Of a stretch of DNA of 64,000 bases, positions 10,004-19,649 are shown piece after piece. Made by a program: the position numbers and the translations under genes. This DNA comes from an uncultured Chthonomonadaceae bacterium (GTDB taxonomy: Bacteria; Armatimonadota; Chthonomonadetes; Chthonomonadales; Chthonomonadaceae). The stretch lies in NCBI GenBank assembly GCA_963817895.1, contig CAWFQB010000004.1, forward strand, positions 800,001-864,000, in the 5' to 3' direction. The notes below the pieces were generated by a model that was not told where the DNA came from, ran no database searches, and saw only the letters and a list, made by a program, of their open reading frames with translations. Positions within the stretch are counted from its first letter, which is position 1. Every line of letters begins with the position of its first letter.

Positions 10004-11310
10004 GGCTGCGCTTCCTCTTTCTGTATACGCGATTTGACTTCGTGAAGGGCCTGTTCTGGCGTTTGTTCGCCGTAAAGGACTTTGTCGGTCGCGCTGCTCA
10101 TTTCGCTCATGTACAGACTGGCGGAGGGCATAGCGGGGAAATAAGTGGCGTTGGGGCTGTCGGCGAGGTCAAGGAACTTGCCGAACTGTTGGCGAAAGGC
10201 CGCGCCGGTTCTCAACTGGGGCGACTGAAGCGCGGCGCGGATGTTGGGAACGTTGTTCATATCGTGGGCAAAGGCGGTCTGGGCTTCGGGCGACTGCATC
10301 CACGCCAGAAACTCAGCCGCTTCGCGGGGGTGCTTGCTGTCGGTCGGGATGCAGAACACATTGCCGCCAATCCATGTGGTTTGGGCTTGTTCGGGGTGGG
10401 AAGCGGGCGGGGGAATGGGCGCGACGCCGTACCGCAATTGCGGGGCGTAGCGCGACACCCAGTAGGGATTCCATTCGCCGTCCAGCATCATCGCCACTTT
10501 GCCCACATAAAACGGGTTGTTCGCGCCCTGATTTTGTCCAAAGCCGGTGGTGAAAGCATTTATCTGCTCGATGCCGCCCAGTTTATCCACAAGCGTTTTG
10601 TACCATTCCAGCCCGGCTACATTGCCCGCCACATCCGGCGTCGCGGTTCCGGTTTGCGCATCCGTCAGACTGCCGCCGAACAGAAAGAACAGGATAAACA
10701 GGTCGTTGGGCGGGCGCAGGCCGAGCCGCGTGATTTTGCCGCTCGCGTCGCGTTGAGTCAGTTTCACGGCATAGTCGGCCATCTCTTCCAGCGTTTGGGG
10801 CGGGCGTTCGGGGTCAAGTCCGGCTTCCGCAAAGGCTTGTTTGTCCCACAGCAGAGCCACGTCGTCAATCAGGAACGGCAGGCCGTACAGGTGGTTTTCA
10901 TAGCGGCACAGGCGCAGGGACGCGGGTACGAAATCGGCTTCGCGCAGTGTCCCTTTTGTCAGCATGTCATCGAGTGGCAGCACGGCTTTGTTGCGAGCGA
11001 GCGCGCCTAAATACGCGGGGTTGGACAGCGTGAACACGTCCGGCGGCGCTCCGGCGACAAGGGCGCGAATGGTTTTGGTATCATCGCTGACCGCGCCCAG
11101 ATTGCGGATATGGATGCCGGGGTGACTGCGCTCATACAGGCGCAGGACGCGCTCGAAATTGCGCTCCTCCTGCCCGCTCCACATAGACCAGAGGGTGATT
11201 TCTTTATCGGAAGCGTTTCCCTCCGTTGTCCGTCGGCAGCCGCAGAGCAACGTGAGCAGCGCGATTACAAGCGCTATAAACTGATTCGCGTTGGAAGTTT
11301 CTACCCTCAT
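10000..11310 (-). CDS. Carbohydrate ABC transporter substrate-binding lipoprotein
   Basis: Lipobox-like LLCGC, GAPPDVF, LYGLPF, GKVAMMLDGEW; adjacent to the permease. Confidence 0.9.
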   Translation of the reverse strand: MRVETSNANQFIALVIALLTLLCGCRRTTEGNASDKEITLWSMWSGQEERNFERVLRLYERSHPGIHIRNLGAVSDDTKTIRALVAGAPPDVFTLSNPAYLGALARNKAVLPLDDMLTKGTLREADFVPASLRLCRYENHLYGLPFLIDDVALLWDKQAFAEAGLDPERPPQTLEEMADYAVKLTQRDASGKITRLGLRPPNDLFILFFLFGGSLTDAQTGTATPDVAGNVAGLEWYKTLVDKLGGIEQINAFTTGFGQNQGANNPFYVGKVAMMLDGEWNPYWVSRYAPQLRYGVAPIPPPASHPEQAQTTWIGGNVFCIPTDSKHPREAAEFLAWMQSPEAQTAFAHDMNNVPNIRAALQSPQLRTGAAFRQQFGKFLDLADSPNATYFPAMPSASLYMSEMSSATDKVLYGEQTPEQALHEVKSRIQKEEAQP

Positions 11311-11510
11311 CCGTCCTCCGGTCACCTTCTCCCTGCAAGGGAGAAGGCTGAATTGGTAATCTGGCGAGTTAATTACAGATTTGTTTCCCGTGTAAGCCTT
11401 CTAATTGGTTTCATCATCTCTGTTGAACCGGCCATTGAACACATTAGCCTTCTCCCTTGCAGGGAGAAGGTGACCCCCGACGGATGAGGGTAGAAACTTC
11501 CAACGCGAAC
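11286..11510. repeat. Inverted pair of ~65-bp REP-like elements
   Basis: 11286-11349 (cgcgttggaagtttctaccctcatccgtc...ccttctccctgcaagggagaaggct) is the near-perfect reverse complement of 11446-11508. Confidence 0.85.
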
Positions 11511-11515
11511 ATCTC

Positions 11516-12109
11516 CTACATCGGATCATTGGCTTGATTGTAGGCGCGAAGCAGAGTTTCCGCATGGACGGGAGAAGAAACCGGCATGGCGGCGCGCAGA
11601 AGCGTATCGGGCGTGGAAGTGGGAGCGCTTCCCGCCCGCAGCAATACGGAACGCGGCTCAATAACGTCAATGGCTTTTTGCGCGGCCTGTATCAGCGCGT
11701 GGTGGCGATTGTGGCTCAGTTTGCGCAGAACCGGCAGGGCGCGGGCGTCGCCCAATTGTCCCATCAGGTTCACAATCTGTACCAGAAACGGCACGTCTTC
11801 AGGATACAGGTCAACGGCGCGGATTAGGGCAGGCATGCAGGAGGGATCGTTGAACTCCGCAAGCAGTTCCAACCCCTCCACGCGCACGTAGCGCCGCTGT
11901 GAAGTCAGTCGCGCGATACTGGCGCGCACTTTGGGCGTTTGTTTGCGATTGGTTAGCGGATGTTTTCCCTGTTGCCCCTCCCGGTACGCCGTCCATATCT
12001 CCTCGAATACGGAGGATACCAGCATCCACATCACGAAGCCGATGGCAGCCACAAGACCACCGCCGACGAGAAGGTTACTCATCAGCGCATCGAACGCGCT
12101 TTTGCCCAT
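11516..12109 (-). CDS. Membrane-anchored HEAT-repeat protein with triple LLRA C-terminal tail
   Basis: N-terminal TM; PBS-HEAT motifs (MPALIRAV, LGDARALPVL); tail VLLRA/TLLRA/TLLRA. Confidence 0.75.
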   Translation of the reverse strand: MGKSAFDALMSNLLVGGGLVAAIGFVMWMLVSSVFEEIWTAYREGQQGKHPLTNRKQTPKVRASIARLTSQRRYVRVEGLELLAEFNDPSCMPALIRAVDLYPEDVPFLVQIVNLMGQLGDARALPVLRKLSHNRHHALIQAAQKAIDVIEPRSVLLRAGSAPTSTPDTLLRAAMPVSSPVHAETLLRAYNQANDPM

Positions 12110-12263
12110 GCCGTCCTCACATTCTACGGATAGGTCATGCCTGTGCCGTCAAACCTGTATTCCAAAATTTCCTGCTATACTTTAGCACTGAAAACCTATT
12201 TCGAGCAAGCAGGCGCGACATCCTGCCTGCTCATCTATATTGACGCATGAGGAAGGCGAAACA

Positions 12264-13136
12264 ATGGCGGTGAACGGGGCGAAACAACGATTTACGGGGT
12301 GCTATGTGGCGACACTGACGCCATTCCAGAACAACGACGCGGTGGATACAGGAGTCGTTCGGGAACACGCGCGCTGGCTGGTGGAAAACGGCGTGGAGGG
12401 GTTGTGTCCGGCGGGAACGACGGGCGAGTTCCTGTTCCTTGCCGATGACGAGAAACGCGCCATCATTTTGGCGGCAGTGGAGGGCGCGGCGGGGCGCGTT
12501 CCGGTTCTCGCGGGCGTGTGGGCAATCCGAATCGAAGCCGCTTGCAATCTGGCGCGTCATGCCGAAGACAGCGGGGCGCAGGGCGTGTTTTTGCCCACGC
12601 CTATTTATTACCCTGCCGATGATGACGCTATTTATCAGTGGTACGCGCAGGTGCGGAATGCCACAAGCCTGCCCGTATTCGCCTATAACATTCCGCAGTA
12701 CGCCGCTAATACCATCTCAATAGCCTGCCTGAAGCGGCTGTTCGCGGACGGGATTCTTGCGGGCGTGAAGGATTCGATGGGCAAAACCGAGCGCATGACG
12801 GAATTGGTAACGAATTTCGGCGCGGAGGGGGTTGTGTTCGCGGCCAGTGATGGCTTTGCCGCTGAAGGGCGTCAAATCGGCGCGGACGGGTTCATTTCAG
12901 CTATCGGCAACGCCACGCCGCGCTTGTTCGCGGAATTATGGGCTGGAAACGACAGTTTGCAGCCGCAGATAAACGCGTTGCGAACCACGCTGAAACAAAT
13001 GGGTTCTATCTCGGCTCTGAAGTACCTGTGCGCGAGACAGGGTTTTCCAATGGGACACGCCCGCCTGCCGTTTTCGGAACTGACGCCCGAACAACGCGCC
13101 CTTCTGGATGCGGTAACGCTTTCGGCAGAGGAGTAA
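12264..13136 (+). CDS. Dihydrodipicolinate synthase (DapA) family aldolase
   Basis: ATLTPF, GTTGEF, AYNIP, Schiff-base GVKDS. Confidence 0.9.
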   Translation: MAVNGAKQRFTGCYVATLTPFQNNDAVDTGVVREHARWLVENGVEGLCPAGTTGEFLFLADDEKRAIILAAVEGAAGRVPVLAGVWAIRIEAACNLARHAEDSGAQGVFLPTPIYYPADDDAIYQWYAQVRNATSLPVFAYNIPQYAANTISIACLKRLFADGILAGVKDSMGKTERMTELVTNFGAEGVVFAASDGFAAEGRQIGADGFISAIGNATPRLFAELWAGNDSLQPQINALRTTLKQMGSISALKYLCARQGFPMGHARLPFSELTPEQRALLDAVTLSAEE

Positions 13137-13191
13137 AATTGCTGTCTGCCCTCCACTGCCTGCCCGAAGTGGAATCGCGAAGAAGGCTGCC

Positions 13192-14046
13192 ATGCCCAAC
13201 TCCAAACCCGATAAAGCCTCCCGAATGGAAGCCCTGCGCCTGACCAAACACCTTGCCCGGTTAAAGGCAGATTGGGCGTCCGAACCGCTGCTGTCCGAAC
13301 TTCCGCCGCGCCTGATAGCCGCGCTGCAATACGAGATTGCGGAAGCGGACTTCAGCCGCTCGACACTGGGGTCGCTCGGTTGGATAGTCTTTGCCTGCGT
13401 GTGGGGCATCGCCACTGTGTATCATTATGGGTGGGTATGGTACCTTGCTCTGATCCTGGTGCTGATTTTCGGTTTCATGCGATCCCGAAACGCGCAGACG
13501 CAACGCTACGCCGTATACGCCCTGACTCAAACCAACGATGTTTTTGTACTGCCGACGCTGATAAAAGCCACGCAACAGCCATTGGGCCGTGACCCTGCTG
13601 TGATTGCCGCCATTCACCGCCTGCTGCAACAGGTGACAGAAACGGATAGCGGGTTGCTGAACCGCGAAGCGCAGGAGACGCTCTGGAATATGGCCGTGCT
13701 GCCCCTGACCCTGCGCAACAACGCGGACGAAGCCTTTGCCTTCAGCGCATTGCAGGCGTTGGCGCATATCGGCGACCGCGAAACCCTGACGGCCATGCAG
13801 CGAATCGCGGGCCATTCCGCCGTGTACCCGGCAGAACATCGGCTCAATGAGCGGACGCGAAAATTGGTGTTGCTAATGGAGGCGCGGCTACAGCGGCAGG
13901 AGGTGCCGCAAACCCTGTTGCGCGCGTCCGGCAGGCCCGACGCGACGCCCGATACTCTGTTACGCGCTCATGCCGCCCCCGCCTCCGAACCGCCCCAACA
14001 ACTACTGCGCGCGAGCGCGTCGGACGGCGGCAAAGCGGAGGATTAG
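13192..14046 (+). CDS. Membrane protein with HEAT-like repeats and triple LLRA tail
   Basis: Two TM segments; ALQALAHIGDRETL; tail TLLRA/TLLRA/QLLRA. Confidence 0.72.
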   Translation: MPNSKPDKASRMEALRLTKHLARLKADWASEPLLSELPPRLIAALQYEIAEADFSRSTLGSLGWIVFACVWGIATVYHYGWVWYLALILVLIFGFMRSRNAQTQRYAVYALTQTNDVFVLPTLIKATQQPLGRDPAVIAAIHRLLQQVTETDSGLLNREAQETLWNMAVLPLTLRNNADEAFAFSALQALAHIGDRETLTAMQRIAGHSAVYPAEHRLNERTRKLVLLMEARLQRQEVPQTLLRASGRPDATPDTLLRAHAAPASEPPQQLLRASASDGGKAED

Positions 14047-14059
14047 CAGCCCGATTTGT

Positions 14060-14677
14060 CTACAGGTTCCAGGCGCGGAGCAGGTCGCGGGTGGTGGGGA
14101 GAGGCCGCTGCCAGAGCCATCTTACATCCAGCCCCAACCCCAACAGGACGCGGCTGTGGAAGATGTGATCCGCGCCTACGGAACTTTCCTGATAAATGCC
14201 GTTTGCATCCAGAGAATAGAAGCGGCTTTGTTGGTTCTCATAATCCACAAGCCAGTATTCCGGCACACCGCCCTGCGCGTATTCTCGAAGTTTGTCTACG
14301 GTGTCTCTCTGACGGCTTTCCGGGCTGATGACCTCAACAGCGAGGTCACAGGGGCCATCCAGAAAGTTGCGCCGCAATCGTTCTCGATGCGCGTTGGCAA
14401 GGAACATAACATCGGGAGAACGGCCAGGCAAGCCAACGCCCGTCTTCATATTGAACGGATCGCCGCGCACAACCCCCGCCTGATGCTCTTCAGCCCATAG
14501 ACGCAGTAAAACCATGATAAAGATGCTGACGTCGCTGTGTTCCTCCGAAACCATGCTGATGTCAATAACCTTTCCGTTTACCCATTCGGTGCAGTGATTT
14601 TCTTCCTCGTTCGCCAGATACTCCTCGTAGGTGATGTATCGTGATGCAATGGGCGGCAGCCGCGTCTCAATCGCCAT
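14060..14677 (-). CDS. Uma2 (DUF820) family endonuclease-like protein
   Basis: ITYEEYL, EWVNG, RSPDVMF, PCDLAVEVISPES, YAQGGVPEYWLVD. Confidence 0.92.
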   Translation of the reverse strand: MAIETRLPPIASRYITYEEYLANEEENHCTEWVNGKVIDISMVSEEHSDVSIFIMVLLRLWAEEHQAGVVRGDPFNMKTGVGLPGRSPDVMFLANAHRERLRRNFLDGPCDLAVEVISPESRQRDTVDKLREYAQGGVPEYWLVDYENQQSRFYSLDANGIYQESSVGADHIFHSRVLLGLGLDVRWLWQRPLPTTRDLLRAWNL

Positions 14678-14784
14678 AATGATTTACCTCCTTCTCTATA
14701 TTCTGCTATGGATGCTCCCGCGTCATGTAATACGTTGATTGGGCTGTCCCAACACCCAACACCGAAAACCCAATACCCGCCTTG

Positions 14785-14997
14785 TTACGCTTTGAGCAGA
14801 ATAGATTCCTTCTGGAAAGCGTGGGCGGCGAACATCACGGCTGCGGTCGCGTACAGCAGGGAGGCCGCGCTCGCGCCGATGAGAAACGGCAGATTGGTCA
14901 CGCCCTCCAACGCCTGCTTCACGACCATTGCCGCGTTCGCGACCGGAACCAGCGTCCAGAACAGGGGCGTTTCTGCTTTCAGGAACATCGTCGTCAT
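14785..14997 (-). repeat. Duplicated 3' end (70 codons plus stop) of the ABC permease gene, direct repeat of 17350..17562
   Basis: Identical peptide MTTMFLKAE...SILLKA; 12 nucleotide differences, all synonymous. Confidence 0.95.
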
Positions 14998-15099
14998 GTT
15001 TGTCATGTCCATCAAGCAACAATTTGATTAGATTGTCAATTTTGCGCCCTGACATAGCAGGTTTTTAACTTTGCCATCTCGAAATAATTGTCATAAACC

Positions 15100-15570
15100 A
15101 TGAAGGTCGAGGGTATAGGCTATGCTACTTTGGCACATCCATTCAATGCTAGGACGAGAATTAGATGTCACCGCGAACATGTTGCGGCAAATCTTCACCA
15201 CCTGCCTTTGCGTAAGGACGACAATATAACTCTTCTCAGGGTTTCTTTCGACGCACAGGGAACCTCACCGGACGACATACGCAATCTGACACAGAATGGT
15301 CAGATGCTACACGCGGCAGGCATCTTGAATACGCATTGGAAAGATTACTCAGCTTTGCATCTCGCAGAACAAGCCGGGCTGCATACCGTTGAGTGGGATT
15401 ACACAGGAGATGCTACTCCGGCAACACTTGAGTTGACAGTGTTGTATCCGCATCTCGACAAAGTACAAGTTAAGGCGCGTCTGCAAACTATTTGCGGCGT
15501 TGAGGTTATAGAAGTAAACGGAGATTTATTGTACGACATCTATACTGGAGTGCCATTCAACAACGAGTGA
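15100..15570 (+). CDS. Hypothetical protein in the methyltransferase island
   Basis: 156-aa ORF in a lower-GC segment; no recognised motif; overlaps the convergent DUF3883 gene end. Confidence 0.5.
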   Translation: MKVEGIGYATLAHPFNARTRIRCHREHVAANLHHLPLRKDDNITLLRVSFDAQGTSPDDIRNLTQNGQMLHAAGILNTHWKDYSALHLAEQAGLHTVEWDYTGDATPATLELTVLYPHLDKVQVKARLQTICGVEVIEVNGDLLYDIYTGVPFNNE

Positions 15571-16296
15571 TTGCCTGTACCTGCTTTGTATCGCAAGCGC
15601 GTTGTACGGATCGCGAATGAGGCGCGGAGTCGGGGAGTCGGCCTTCAGATTGCCGACAACAACCAGCCAGTAATTGTTTTTTCGGAGTTTTGCTTCCGTC
15701 CATTCTCGATCCGTGAACAGAATCCCACCGCGAGTTTCTTTTAGCCCCTTCACTTCGATTGCCCATTCAGGCTTATCCTTTACGCCGAAGTCAAAGCCGC
15801 AAGCCGTATTTCGCAAATCAAGAATGTTGTTGTTGAAAACTTGAACCAGCGCATGAGAATGTTGAAGGAAATACTCTTCTGCGCGTCGTCCCGTTAAAAG
15901 CCGTTCGGCAACATTATGGGCTACGCGATTAACAACCGCAAGAGCGTCTATGGCTTCCACAATCTCGTTCTCATCACGCTTTAGAATACGCTCGACAAGT
16001 TCAAGCAGAGCATCATCGCTGACATCTTTCAGTTCATCAAGTACGCGCTGACGATTCGGGCGTAAAATGCGTTGATGCCAGCCGCGACGCGGGTTGGAGT
16101 GGACAGGATCGAACTCATCCCGCAAGTTATCAAAAGTTCGTGGTGGTTTGGCAAGTGACTTTGCTGCTTCGGCAAATGCCTGTTCCCACGTTTTGAATTC
16201 CCGCGCCGCCAGATAGCCAGTATCAAGGCGGCTCATGGCGTAACCAATGACGATAGCCTCGGTTTCAATACGAAAACGTTTGCGTTCTTCCGACAT
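15526..16296 (-). CDS. DUF3883 (PD-(D/E)xK-like) putative restriction endonuclease
   Basis: LLTGRRAEEYF, GFDFGV, AIEVKG, FTDREW, YWLVVV; N-terminal NLRDEFDP..NPRRGWH; directly downstream of the methyltransferase. Confidence 0.78.
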   Translation of the reverse strand: MSEERKRFRIETEAIVIGYAMSRLDTGYLAAREFKTWEQAFAEAAKSLAKPPRTFDNLRDEFDPVHSNPRRGWHQRILRPNRQRVLDELKDVSDDALLELVERILKRDENEIVEAIDALAVVNRVAHNVAERLLTGRRAEEYFLQHSHALVQVFNNNILDLRNTACGFDFGVKDKPEWAIEVKGLKETRGGILFTDREWTEAKLRKNNYWLVVVGNLKADSPTPRLIRDPYNALAIQSRYRQSLVVEWHSSIDVVQ

Positions 16297-16330
16297 TTTA
16301 GTTGCCCTGATACAGAGTGTCATCGGCGGT

Positions 16331-17217
16331 TCATGCCGAGCGGGAATGATAATAGGTCGCGGCGTTCCCCGCCTGCTTACGCGCTTGACCTGTTGTGCCA
16401 ACAATTCGGTAGGTATCAGGAAAGCCCTGCAACCGCAGCATTTCACGCGGCGTTAAACGTCTCTCGCCGTTTACGAGCAAGTAGTTGTAACTTGCCCCTG
16501 CGCGAAGAGCGCAACTGTAAGGATACGCGCTGATATGTCCCGCTTTGTTTTCGTGCCAGATGGTTGGTTCTTCGCTTGGTTGACAACGTTCAAGACGACG
16601 TAGGCGGATGTGTTCAGAAGCGTAGAATTCAGCAGGAACATCCTTCTCTAAAATCTCAGAGAGCGGTGTCATGGGGGCAGGAGAAAGAGGCCACGAGAAT
16701 GCGCAGTCGTGTTTGAACCCTACGATTATGATGCGTTCGCTTTCTGTGGCACTCCAAAGTTCAAGGCATTCAAAACTCTATGAGAGTGTTTGTACTTTAA
16801 TTCATCAAGCGTCTCTAAAATTCGGCTCAAAGTACGGCCTTCATCGTGAGTCGCTAGTTGTTTAACATTTTCCAACACGAAGGCTTCAGGTCTTTTCGCT
16901 TTCAGTATACGGGCTATGTCGAAGAACAGCGTACCTCGCGTGTCTTCAAAGCCCTTGGACGCGCCCATGATGCTGAACGGCTGACACGGAAAGCCGGCAA
17001 GCAGAAGTTCGTGATCGGGAATGTCATTCGCGCCAACCGGCTTTATATCTCCGACCGGTATTTCGCCAAAATTAGCCTTGTAAGCGCGTTGCGCATCTTT
17101 GTCAATGTCGCTAGAAAATACGCACTCATGATCTATTTGCCTACTCTGCAATGCCTGCTCTGCACCTAAGCGAAATCCTCCGATGCCGCAAAATAGGTCA
17201 ATAAAGCGTATCTTCAT
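16331..17217 (-). pseudogene. C5 DNA cytosine methyltransferase, frameshifted near 16740 and apparently truncated in motif X
   Basis: DLFCGIGG (I), GFPCQPFS (IV), ENV (VI), PQK/ERII (VIII) across the shift, RRLTPREMLRLQGFP (IX), then KQAGNA followed by an unrelated short tail. Confidence 0.85.
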
Positions 17218-17251
17218 GTTCTTCTCCGATGCGTTGTGAGTTTGTACGCTA

Positions 17252-17280
17252 ATTATAGTAGAAACTCGTCAGAAAATCAA
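17252..17280 (-). promoter_or_regulatory. Sigma70-like promoter of the methyltransferase
   Basis: TTGATT-N17-TATAAT on the minus strand. Confidence 0.6.
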
Positions 17281-17293
17281 CAGGTAGGAAAAA

Positions 17294-17331
17294 CGTGATG
17301 CCATGGGCGGCAGCCGCATTTCAATCGCCAT
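17294..17331 (-). pseudogene. 5' fragment (13 codons) of a second Uma2 gene copy
   Basis: MAIEMRLPPMASR versus MAIETRLPPIASR at 14640..14677; has its own GGAGG RBS. Confidence 0.85.
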
Positions 17332-17349
17332 CGTTTCTTTCCTCCTGTT

Positions 17350-18540
17350 TTACGCTTTGAGCAGAATAGATTCTTTTTGAAAGGCGTGGGCGGCGAACAT
17401 CACGGCTGCGGTCGCATATAGCAGGGACGCCGCGCTCGCGCCGATGAGAAACGGCAGATTGGTCACGCCCTCCAGCGCCTGCTTTACGACCATAGCCGCG
17501 TTCGCGACGGGAACCAGCGTCCAGAACAGGGGCGTTTCCGCTTTCAGGAACATCGTCGTCATGGCGAGAACGGTTACAATCAGCAGAATGGGCGCGAGAT
17601 ATGTTTGCGCTTCCTTCTGGTTGCGGGCGAAGGTGGAAATGGTCAGCAGGATTCCCGCCCCAAGCACGGCAAGCGGAATTTGCACCAGCAGCATGGCAAG
17701 CACCGAAATGGGATGCAGCGACAATCCCTCCTTCGTCATCCAACTGAAAAAGGGCAGTTTCACGTAAAACGGCCACACGAACCCGGCAAGCGACAGCAGG
17801 CAGCTTACAAGGGAAACGGACGCGACGGCCATGAACTTGCCCAATACGAGATCGCGGCGGGACGCGGGCGAAACCAACAGCGTTTCCAGTGTGCCGCGCT
17901 CCTTTTCTCCCGCAACCGAGTCGTTGGCGAGATACACGCCGCCCATCAGGGTTGACACGGCAAGGACATAGGGCAGAAATGTCGCCAGCAGCAATGTGCT
18001 TGCGCTTGACCCGCCGCCAACTCCCTCCTGCTCCGTGTCAAAGGGCGTTGCAAGCTGCTGCGACAGGCCGTTCTCCATCAGGCGCGATGCGACAAGCCGC
18101 TTGCCCCGCTCCTCAAACAGACTGTTCAGACGACTCGCCCCCTCCTGCGATGCCTGCGAACCCTTGTCCAGCAGAATTGTCACGGTTACGGGATGTTGTT
18201 CCTTAATCTGTTGTTCCGCGTCGTCGGGCAGAATCGCCGCCGCCCTTACTTTGCGCGATTTGATCTGCGCTTCCGCCTCTGCGCGACTTGTCTCTACAAT
18301 TGCTACATTGGGCGCGCCGCGCAGGATATTGCGGACACTGGGCGCTTTGTCAAGATTGACAAACGCGACCGTAATCGTCTCTTTCTGCGCGTCCGTCACC
18401 TGCTTCCGCGCCATCGTGCCGACAAGCGCGAGGATGAGCGGCGTAATCAGCAGGGGCGATATAATCAGCGCGAAACGGGTACGCGCTTCCCGAAATACTT
18501 CTAGAAACTCTTTGCGAAATACTACCTGCCAGGGCTGCAT
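17350..18540 (-). CDS. ABC-2 type exporter permease (NatB-like)
   Basis: VFRKEFLEVFRE, SVAGEKERGTLETLLVSP, LGKF, ARNQKEAQ. Confidence 0.9.
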   Translation of the reverse strand: MQPWQVVFRKEFLEVFREARTRFALIISPLLITPLILALVGTMARKQVTDAQKETITVAFVNLDKAPSVRNILRGAPNVAIVETSRAEAEAQIKSRKVRAAAILPDDAEQQIKEQHPVTVTILLDKGSQASQEGASRLNSLFEERGKRLVASRLMENGLSQQLATPFDTEQEGVGGGSSASTLLLATFLPYVLAVSTLMGGVYLANDSVAGEKERGTLETLLVSPASRRDLVLGKFMAVASVSLVSCLLSLAGFVWPFYVKLPFFSWMTKEGLSLHPISVLAMLLVQIPLAVLGAGILLTISTFARNQKEAQTYLAPILLIVTVLAMTTMFLKAETPLFWTLVPVANAAMVVKQALEGVTNLPFLIGASAASLLYATAAVMFAAHAFQKESILLKA

Positions 18541-18557
18541 AGGATACTCCAATTCTT

Positions 18558-18681
18558 TAGGTTGTTAGGTTGTTAGTTGTTAGGTTGTTAGGTGAGGAGG
18601 GGAAGATGAGCCAGTTACGGAGAATCTAATGCCTGACAACGAACAACCTAAACAACTAACAACCTAACAACTAACAACCTC
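18558..18681. repeat. Inverted tandem 7/8-mer repeat element (TTAGGTTG)n ... (CAACCTAA)n
   Basis: Directly visible; the right arm overlaps the stop codon of the ABC ATPase. Confidence 0.85.
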
Positions 18682-19437
18682 TTCCACTTCTTCGTCTTCA
18701 CCGATGAGGCGGAGAAAAACGGTTTCAAACGGGGTTGTGGGGCTTGCGCCGACTTGCTGCTGCAACTGCGCCCGCGTCCCTTCGGCGCAAATTCGGCCCC
18801 GATATACGACGGCAATGCGGTCGCATAGCGCTTCCACTTCGCTCATGATGTGCGTGGAGAAAATTACGGTGCGGCCCTCTGTCCGGCAGCGGCGGATGAA
18901 GCGAACGACGGTGCGGGCGGCCATAACATCTAAGCCACTGGTCGGCTCATCGAAAAACAGCACGGGCGGCTCGTGCAGAACGGAACGGGCGATAGAAACG
19001 CGCTGCCGCTGCCCGGTTGAAAGTTTGTCGCAGCGCCGGTCCGCGAACTCGCCCATTTCCAGCGTGTCCATCAGGTCGTCAATGCAGCGAATTCGGGTTT
19101 GCGCGGAAAGCTGGTACAGGTCGGCGAAATAGTTCAGCAGTTCGCGTACCGTCAGTCGCTCGTACAATCCGGCGGAACCCGTGAGATAGCCGATATTGGC
19201 GCGTACCTTTTCAGCGTCCCGCGCAATGTCATAGCCCATAATTCGCGCCGTGCCGGTTGTCGGCGTTAAAATGGTTGCCAGCATCCGTATCAACGTGGTT
19301 TTGCCCGCCCCGTTCGGGCCGAGCAATCCGAATATCTCGCCCGGACGGGCGGTAAACGACACCTCTTCCACTGCCTGCACTTTCGTCTTTGTTTTGGCGT
19401 CCACAAACACTTTGCCAAGCGATTCCGCTTCAATCAT
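18664..19437 (-). CDS. ABC transporter ATP-binding protein (NatA-like)
   Basis: GPNGAGKTT, LSTGQRQ, FFDEPTSGLD, FSTH. Confidence 0.93.
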   Translation of the reverse strand: MIEAESLGKVFVDAKTKTKVQAVEEVSFTARPGEIFGLLGPNGAGKTTLIRMLATILTPTTGTARIMGYDIARDAEKVRANIGYLTGSAGLYERLTVRELLNYFADLYQLSAQTRIRCIDDLMDTLEMGEFADRRCDKLSTGQRQRVSIARSVLHEPPVLFFDEPTSGLDVMAARTVVRFIRRCRTEGRTVIFSTHIMSEVEALCDRIAVVYRGRICAEGTRAQLQQQVGASPTTPFETVFLRLIGEDEEVEEVVSC

Positions 19438-19615
19438 ATTCAAACGTATCCTTTTCAAACTTACTGTCGCCGCATTATTCCCGCGAATGGAACGCCGCTC
19501 TGCCGTATCCATTTCGCATATAGCGTACAATATCAACCGGAAAAGAGGCACTCAGGTTTCATCAATTTGGGTTCGGTCTGAAAAAGGCGGTCTGTTCACG
19601 CTATTCTACCGGTTT

Positions 19616-19649
19616 TGTCACGCTGCTGTCGCGCAGTCCACGCCATACT
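19616..19649 (+). promoter_or_regulatory. Putative SARP/OmpR-type promoter upstream of the second regulator
   Basis: TGTCACGC at 19616, TGTCGCGC at 19627, CATACT at 19644. Confidence 0.5.

Noticed and set aside
14785..15015. 76-aa ORF as an independent membrane protein
   Set aside because: It is the displaced duplicate of the permease 3' end with a few fortuitous upstream codons
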